Below, one piece after another: positions 9,428 to 14,538 of a stretch of 14,538 bases of DNA. Made by a program: the position numbers and the translations under genes. Under the pieces are notes generated by a model. The model saw only the letters and a program-made list of their open reading frames with translations. It had not been told where the DNA came from and did no database searches. Source of the DNA: Snowella sp. (lineage in GTDB: Bacteria > Cyanobacteriota > Cyanobacteriia > Cyanobacteriales > Microcystaceae); contig JAYKGY010000098.1 in NCBI GenBank assembly GCA_035285545.1, forward strand, positions 1 through 14,538, written 5' to 3'. Every line of letters begins with the position of its first letter. Positions within the stretch are counted from its first letter, which is position 1.

Positions 9428-10849
9428 CTAGGATTTTGCGGCTACGCTATGATTATTTAAATTTAAATTAGGGCAAAATAATTCTGGTTTTTGACGAATT
9501 CCAGGAACTCCCAATACCACCCATAACAAGAGGGTTCGGCTACAAGTCAAAGCTGTAAACATACTAATGGCAACCCCGATCGCGAGGGTCAACGCAAATC
9601 CCTTTACCAAGCCTGACCCAAACCAAAACAACGCGGCACAGGCAATCAAAGTGGTTACATTACTGTCCAAAATACTGGAAAATGCCCGATAAAAGCCCCC
9701 TTCCACGGAACGATAAAGGGTATTTCCTGATCGTAATTCCTCACGAGTCCGTTCAAAAATTAACACATTCGCATCAACAGCCATGCCAATACTGAGAATA
9801 AATCCGGCAATCCCAGGTAAGGTTAAGGTTACACCGACTAAGGCGAAGGCTGCTAAGGTTAACAGCGCGTAAATTAACAGAGATAAATCGGCAATTAATC
9901 CGGGTAAACGGTAATAAATCCCCATGAAAATCAACACTAGAATTAACCCTGCAATGCCAGCAATCACACTCCGACGAATGCTATCTTGACCCAAGGTTGC
10001 GCCAACAGTTCGATTTTCCACGACTTTTACAGGAAACGGCAAGGAACCGCCCCGTAGTTGAACCGCAAGCTCATTAGCGGATTCAATCGTAAAATTCCCT
10101 GTAATAACGGCACTTCCCCCCGTAATGCCGGTACTGGCAAACTCCACACCAACAACCGGCGCACTGATCAAATTATTGTCGAGAAAAATACCGATACTCC
10201 GCCCTGTTCCCGCTAAATTTTTGGTTAATTCGGCAAATTTTTGCCCCCCTGCGTCATCAAAACGGAGCGCGACTTCCCAGGCATTCCCCGATTGGGTGGG
10301 AGAAGGACGGGCATCTTTCAGGTTTTGCCCCGTTAAATCAACGGATTCAAAGAGATTGAGTAGGGCTTGATTGGATTTATCCAACGATTGGATCAGTTCT
10401 GCCAGCTTGCTCGCTTCTACATTCTGTTTTCTTAAGAAAGCTGCCTGGGTTTCTAGCTGACGTTTAATGCTGTATTCAGCTTGAAATTCTCCCTCTGTTC
10501 CTTGGCGTTGTTGGCGAAATTCGAGTTGGGCTGTCCCTCCTAAAATACGCTCAGCTTGCTCAGGATTGGTAACACCGGGTAATTGCACCAAGATTTTATT
10601 CTCCCCCACTGTTTGCACCAAAGGTTCAGAGACCCCCAGGGCATTTACCCGATTTTCAATGACGGTTTTGACGGCGGCCAAATCTTCCGTTTTAATCTGG
10701 GTTACTTCGTCGGTGGTTTGGACTTCCATCGTTAATTGGGCACCGCCTCGGAGGTCTAATCCCAATTGCAACGGCAGGGTAAAGAGAACGACAAAGGCAC
10801 CAATGACTAACCCAATAATTAGGCCAATTAACCAACGCTGTTTTTGCAT
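9428..10849 (-). CDS. secD: Protein translocase subunit SecD
   Basis: [45 protein letters not shown]. Start placed at ATG 10849 (MQKQRW), directly before the first TM helix, which avoids overlap with pdhB. Confidence 0.96.
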   Translation of the reverse strand: MQKQRWLIGLIIGLVIGAFVVLFTLPLQLGLDLRGGAQLTMEVQTTDEVTQIKTEDLAAVKTVIENRVNALGVSEPLVQTVGENKILVQLPGVTNPEQAERILGGTAQLEFRQQRQGTEGEFQAEYSIKRQLETQAAFLRKQNVEASKLAELIQSLDKSNQALLNLFESVDLTGQNLKDARPSPTQSGNAWEVALRFDDAGGQKFAELTKNLAGTGRSIGIFLDNNLISAPVVGVEFASTGITGGSAVITGNFTIESANELAVQLRGGSLPFPVKVVENRTVGATLGQDSIRRSVIAGIAGLILVLIFMGIYYRLPGLIADLSLLIYALLTLAAFALVGVTLTLPGIAGFILSIGMAVDANVLIFERTREELRSGNTLYRSVEGGFYRAFSSILDSNVTTLIACAALFWFGSGLVKGFALTLAIGVAISMFTALTCSRTLLLWVVLGVPGIRQKPELFCPNLNLNNHSVAAKS

Positions 10850-10889
10850 AGGAAGGAGGGAAGTAAGAAATTTAAAAGATAGATTTCGT

Positions 10890-11873
10890 TTAGTAACGGG
10901 CATCCATCATTTTTTTGACGGCTTCAACAATTTGGGGGGGTTGAACAATGGTCAACCGTTCCAGGGTTCCGTTGTAAGGGGTGGGAATGTCCTGGGAAGA
11001 GAGACGAACGACTGGCGCGTCTAATTCATCAAAGAGTTGTTCAGTAATCAGGGCCATTAATTCGGCTGCAATTCCCCCCGTTTTCATGCATTCTTCGACA
11101 ATGATCACCTTATGGGTTTTGCGTACCGAGGCCGCAATAGTCTCCATATCGAAGGGCTTGAGGGAAATCAGATCAATAATTTCGGGGTCGTAACCATCTT
11201 TTTCCAGTTGTTTTAAAGCCTGTAAGCAATGGTGACGCATCCGAGAGTAGGTAAGAATCGTAACATCTTTGCCTGGACGGACAATTTCGGCTTTATCCAG
11301 GGGAACGATATACTCACCATCGGGCAAATTTTCTTTGAGGTTGTAGAGTAAGACGTGTTCAAAGAAAAGGACGGGGTTATTATCTCGAATGGCTGCTTTT
11401 AAAAGTCCTTTGGCGTTATAGGGCGTAGAACAAGCTACAATTTTTAACCCAGGAACCGCATGAAAATAGGCTTCTAAACGCTGAGAGTGTTCTGCTCCTA
11501 ACTGTCTACCGACACCGCCAGGCCCGCGAATCACCATGGGAATTTTAAAATTACCGCCAGAGGTGTACCGCAGCATCCCCGCATTGTTAGCAATCTGGTT
11601 AAACGCCAACAGCAAAAAGCCCATGTTCATCCCTTCGATAATGGGGCGCAGTCCGGTCATTGCGGCTCCAACTGCCATTCCCGTAAAGCTATTTTCTGCG
11701 ATCGGCGTATCGAGTACGCGCCATTCACCGTATTTGTCATAGAGGTCTTTTGTGACTTTGTAGGAACCGCCATAGTGCCCCACATCTTCTCCGAGCACGA
11801 AGACAGTATCGTCTCGACCCATTTCTTCATCAATTGCTTGTCTTAAGGCGTTAAATAAAAGGGTTTCTGCCAT
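10890..11873 (-). CDS. pdhB: Pyruvate dehydrogenase E1 beta subunit
   Basis: [50 protein letters not shown] upstream; pdhB-secD-secF order typical of cyanobacteria. Confidence 0.97.
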   Translation of the reverse strand: MAETLLFNALRQAIDEEMGRDDTVFVLGEDVGHYGGSYKVTKDLYDKYGEWRVLDTPIAENSFTGMAVGAAMTGLRPIIEGMNMGFLLLAFNQIANNAGMLRYTSGGNFKIPMVIRGPGGVGRQLGAEHSQRLEAYFHAVPGLKIVACSTPYNAKGLLKAAIRDNNPVLFFEHVLLYNLKENLPDGEYIVPLDKAEIVRPGKDVTILTYSRMRHHCLQALKQLEKDGYDPEIIDLISLKPFDMETIAASVRKTHKVIIVEECMKTGGIAAELMALITEQLFDELDAPVVRLSSQDIPTPYNGTLERLTIVQPPQIVEAVKKMMDARY

Positions 11874-11943
11874 AGTCTCCGAGTCTCACCAATATCCCAT
11901 TGAGCGGTTTTTTACCGTAAATTTTTGTCAATATTTTGTCATT

Positions 11944-12085
11944 TTGACATTTTCCTTTTCGTAAACGAAAAGAATTCCTAAACCTCACGATTTAGGTTTC
12001 TGCTTCATTGCAACTGCCTCTACCCTCAAGGAGTTTTCTGGTCTTACGTTCGCTCCACAGACTATCCCCGCAAGCCCTGCGGTTC
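11944..12085 (-). ncRNA. TnpB omega-RNA (reRNA) scaffold, orphan; predicted guide 11943-11924 AATGACAAAATATTGACAAA
   Basis: ACCGCAGGGCTTGCGGGG...CTGTGGAGCGAACGTAAGAC...ATGAAGCAGAAA, GNRA-loop hairpin CCTAAATC-GTGA-GGTTTAGG (11996-11977), RE hairpin and TCAA. Translates as a TnpB-like C-terminal tail TAGLAGIVCGANVRP...MKQKPKS*. About 140 nt. Confidence 0.8.
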
Positions 12086-12118
12086 TTAAGTGTCGATTTT
12101 CAACAGAAAGACTGTTGT

Positions 12119-12253
12119 TGGTTGATTCAAGGGGTGGACTACCCATTGCCCTCTCCTCTTTTCCCGGTCTACCGATTTGTCTGCGCCGCCAGTTTTTACT
12201 GGACTTCGCTCGTTAGGCTGTCTGAATCCATCGTCTCGGGTGGGTCAATGACC
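12119..12253 (-). ncRNA. 6S RNA (ssrS/ssaA)-like segment, 3'-truncated, inside the IS605-type element
   Basis: Motifs recalled from cyanobacterial 6S RNAs occur in order: GACCCACCCGAGA, GATTCAGA, GTAAAAACTGG, GACAAATCGGT, GTCCAC, CTTGAATCAACCA. GATTCAG can pair with TTGAATC. The 3' arm of the closing stem is missing. Not verified by a covariance model. Confidence 0.6.
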
Positions 12254-12259
12254 ATTTCC

Positions 12260-12265
12260 ACTATA
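12260..12265 (-). promoter_or_regulatory. Putative -10 box TATAGT driving the 6S-like/omega-RNA transcript toward pdhB
   Basis: GGTATAGTGGAAATGGTCATTGAC: TATAGT lies about 6 nt before the predicted 5' end of the 6S-like segment, just inside the LE hairpin. Confidence 0.55.
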
Positions 12266-12606
12266 CCTTGTAAAGTCGCCCTAAAGGGCGAGGTTTTAGA
12301 CTCAGATTTTTCGATAACTGATTGGTTATATGGAGAATTAGGTTGTTTTTTTGATATACCAATAGAAGCTCTCTCGCAGGAAGTGCTAGAAGGAATAATC
12401 AAGGTGGAGTGGGCAAAATTCCAGACATCTCTTCAGTATTACCCCGAAGCCACACAGGGAAGAGTTATTGATGATTTTATGGCTGATGTTGAACAATGAC
12501 AGCAATTTTCTAACAGAGTCATTAACAACTTGAGTAGATTTGATTGAAAACGATAAGAAGAAAAAATCTTAGTTTTGTTGTAAATAGGGTAATTTTCTGC
12601 AAAAAA

Positions 12607-13212
12607 TCACTTAATCCTTTGAGTTTTTCCTAGTTTCGTAAATCGAATTTCTATGCGTCGTCTTTCAGGAATATCAGCTTTATCTGTAGGAGCAGGTGAA
12701 CCATCTTCTAATAATAATTGGCCTGCGGAATACGCCCTAAAGTTGAGTTTGGCGATTTCTTCTCCAGAATTTTTAAGTTCTTGGACGACTGCTAATGCCC
12801 TCATAATTCCTAAATCAGTATTAGAAGCTGCTTGTAATTTGGACATTGGTAATAAACCAAGATTGACTTTTTCTAAATTATTATCTAAATTGCTTTCAAT
12901 ACCACTGATTGGTTGTCCATCAGTATGGCCTATAACTTCGATAGCATCAACATTATGTTCTTTGGTAATTTTCAAAATCTCTTGTCCAAGTTGACTATGA
13001 ATATAAGATTTAAAATCTGGACTTAATTCAGCACGTCCCGACGGGAATTTAAACTTAGAAGATTCAGGAAATAAAATAATTGGCGGAAGATCTTGTTTAG
13101 GGAGTGGCTGTTGGGGTGGTTTTTCAGGCTCTTTAACCCCAAGAGCGATCAAGAAGAAAGAAGCAATAAAAACAAAAATCTCTGCTTGTTCCATGTTGCT
13201 TTTAGTTTGCAT
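12607..13212 (-). CDS. MotB/ZorB-like protein: single N-terminal TM helix plus OmpA-like peptidoglycan-binding domain
   Basis: TM AEIFVFIASFFLIALG, Pro-rich linker, FPSGRAEL, IEVIGHTD, SNTDLGIMRALAV, RRRIEIRF; TAATG coupling to the upstream gene at 13214-13210. Confidence 0.85.
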   Translation of the reverse strand: MQTKSNMEQAEIFVFIASFFLIALGVKEPEKPPQQPLPKQDLPPIILFPESSKFKFPSGRAELSPDFKSYIHSQLGQEILKITKEHNVDAIEVIGHTDGQPISGIESNLDNNLEKVNLGLLPMSKLQAASNTDLGIMRALAVVQELKNSGEEIAKLNFRAYSAGQLLLEDGSPAPTDKADIPERRRIEIRFTKLGKTQRIK

Positions 13213-14132
13213 TAAATTGTCCTCCTAGCAGAGTGAATTAAATCTAACAGTTTTTCCAATTCTTTGATTAGAACTTGACTATTATCTAAATACTTAGCAA
13301 CTTCATCAGATGTGTTAGCAACTTTACCCATATTCTCTGATGCTAATTTTGTCTGTTCATTTAATGCTGCTACATTACTGGTTATAGATAATAGCTCTTT
13401 TGTAGATAAACTACGAATTAAGGAATCAACACTAGTATTTAATTTATATGATGAATCAATGGATGTTTTAATAGCATTATCCATTTCTATATAGCAAGTA
13501 TTCTGGCTATTGATAAACTGTTTTTGATAATTTTCTAGTTGATTCAATAAGTCGGATTGCTTTGTGTTTAATCTATTAATTTGCACTTCATAGGTATCAA
13601 GCATTCTTTCATAGGAAGCACCTACTTTTCCTAAGTTTTCTTCAAAAACTTCTGATGCATTGGCGATTTTTTCAACATATTTTTTATGAGTTACGGTTAA
13701 AATATCAGAAAAACTTTTTAGTTCATCAGCAATTTTTTGAGCTTCTGTTGTAATTAAATTTGTTTCCTCTTCATGAAATTCATTTACTAATTCTCCTCCA
13801 AACCACCAACCGATAATGCTGGTAATTAAAGCATAGCTTAAAGGAATTTTGATAGTTTCTAATAAATTTTGAGGTTGTAGTTGAAGTAAAGCACCACAGA
13901 ATCCTATTAGAGTATGAAGATAACCTGAAGTTTGCACCCTCAGACCAGCCGCAATTTTATGTTTAGGTTCTTTCATTTTAAATCCTAGAAATGCTAGGAT
14001 ACAAACATGACCAACACCAACTAACCATACTAATCTACTGACATTAGTATTTACAGAAAAAATAACTGTTAGTAATCCTGACAGAAATATTCCAGCAAAA
14101 TACCATATTTTAAAGCTTTTCAATGAAATCAT
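13212..14132 (-). CDS. MotA/TolQ/ZorA-like membrane protein with long C-terminal helical tail
   Basis: About four hydrophobic segments, the last two resembling the MotA/ExbB channel signature (GYLHTLIGFCGALL ... LSYALITSIIGWWFGG), then about 190 aa of coiled-coil-like sequence. ATG at 14132 (alternative TTG at 14138). Confidence 0.7.
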   Translation of the reverse strand: MISLKSFKIWYFAGIFLSGLLTVIFSVNTNVSRLVWLVGVGHVCILAFLGFKMKEPKHKIAAGLRVQTSGYLHTLIGFCGALLQLQPQNLLETIKIPLSYALITSIIGWWFGGELVNEFHEEETNLITTEAQKIADELKSFSDILTVTHKKYVEKIANASEVFEENLGKVGASYERMLDTYEVQINRLNTKQSDLLNQLENYQKQFINSQNTCYIEMDNAIKTSIDSSYKLNTSVDSLIRSLSTKELLSITSNVAALNEQTKLASENMGKVANTSDEVAKYLDNSQVLIKELEKLLDLIHSARRTI

Positions 14133-14141
14133 ATACAATTA

Positions 14142-14438
14142 TTATTTTTTACTAGGGGGAAGCTGTTGGATAAAATTTTTGACACTAGAAGATAAACTAG
14201 AACCATAAGATTCAACGTATTGGCCCAAGGATTTTTGACCTTCGATTTCATCAATAACTGTAATAGCAATTAAATCTACAATATCTTCTTGATTTTCAAG
14301 ATTAAAACAAAATCCACCAGAGAGTCGCGAAATTTCAGCAAAGGTTCTTTGGGTATCAGGATGATTACCAACAACAAAACTAAAAACAGGCCTGTTAAGT
14401 TGTCCTAATTGAATATAGCAATTCCTTGATAAATGAGG
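14142..14438 (-). pseudogene. C-terminal 98 aa of a probable vWA-domain protein, interrupted by IS630
   Basis: Open frame PHLSRNCYIQLGQLNRPVFSFVVGNHPDTQRTFAEISRLSGGFCFNL...LPPSKK* with no start codon. PVFSFVVG...FAEISRLSGG resembles the vWA C-terminal strand/helix motif. The frame runs into IS sequence at TA 14439-14440. Confidence 0.7.
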
Positions 14439-14538
14439 TACAGTAAGAGGACTAAATTTGAGACAAAAGCCATGAAACCCTATTCATTAGATTTTAGAAA
14501 GAAAATCTTAGAAGTCCGTGAAAAAGAAAATCTTTCTG
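14439..14538 (+). mobile_element. IS630-family insertion sequence, left end (continues beyond window)
   Basis: Begins at a TA dinucleotide (TA-CAGTAAGAGGACTAAATTTGAGACA) where the vWA-like frame ends, followed by an IS630-type transposase start. Confidence 0.75.
14472..14538 (+). CDS. IS630-family transposase, N-terminal HTH start (partial)
   Basis: MKPYSLDFRKKILEVREKENLS matches the (M/K)xYSxDxRxK start of cyanobacterial IS630 transposases. Confidence 0.8.
   Translation, partial: MKPYSLDFRKKILEVREKENLS

Larger units (their letters stand above)
11944..12313 (-). mobile_element. Non-autonomous IS200/IS605-family element (PATE/MITE-like), no tnpA or tnpB
   Basis: Minus strand: target TTAT (12317-12314), then LE CGAAAAATCTGAGTCT-AAAA-CC and hairpin TCGCCC-TTTA-GGGCGA (12291-12276). 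RE: GAAT (11977-11974), hairpin CTTTTCG-TTTA-CGAAAAG (11972-11955), terminal ATGTCAA. Both hairpins have TTTA loops. Guide/cleavage pairs AAAA/TTAT and GAAT/TCAA follow the IS608 rule (AAAG/TTAC, GAAT/TCAA). Confidence 0.85.

Noticed and set aside
10850..10903. 18-aa N-terminal extension of SecD in the ORF track
   Set aside because: Overlaps the pdhB 3' end; ATG 10849 gives a normal SecD N-terminus.
10934..10940. G7 run in pdhB as a phase-variation tract
   Set aside because: Short, encodes Pro-Pro in a housekeeping gene.
12119..12253. Calling this the intact chromosomal ssrS gene
   Set aside because: Shorter than a typical ~185-nt 6S RNA, lacks the closing-stem 3' arm, and lies between IS605-type ends.
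12196..12402. 68-aa minus-strand ORF
   Set aside because: Spans flank, LE hairpin and RNA segment; no protein features.
12008..12499. 163-aa + strand ORF, and its shorter ATG version from 12248
   Set aside because: It runs antisense across the omega-RNA, 6S-like segment and LE, crosses the element boundary at 12313, and has no recognisable domain. The part after 12314 could be a gene remnant but I cannot support that.
934..13494. Short alternative-frame or antisense ORFs (934, 1634, 2622, 3457, 9152, 10125, 10566, 10981, 11536, 12653, 13312)
   Set aside because: All lie within or across well-supported genes and show no motifs; shadow ORFs.
12607..14132. Flagellar motA/motB annotation
   Set aside because: Cyanobacteria lack flagella, no flagellar genes are nearby, and the long tail and operon context differ from flagellar stators.

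Overview
Cyanobacterial chromosomal segment (ten perfect HIP1 GCGATCGC octamers, all at or before 8417). Left part (1-6921): three glycosyltransferases interleaved with accessory genes (two Rpn/PD-(D/E)XK-like genes, a DUF3782-like gene, an MNT-HEPN toxin-antitoxin pair, a hypothetical gene), with most boundaries marked by HIP1. Middle: menE converging on the pdhB-secD-secF operon. Just upstream of pdhB is the most unusual feature, a ~370-bp non-autonomous IS200/IS605 element on the minus strand (11944-12313). It has a left end after a TTAT target, an internal -10 box, a degenerate 6S-RNA-like segment, and a TnpB omega-RNA/right end finishing in TCAA, but no tnpA or tnpB. Removing it in silico rebuilds TTAT|AAT, a perfect TATAAT -10 box about 70 nt upstream of pdhB. 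Right part: an AT-rich vWA / MotA-like / MotB-like (ZorAB-like) operon whose first gene is cut by an IS630 element that runs off the window. Family assignments come from motif recognition from memory; no database searches were run.
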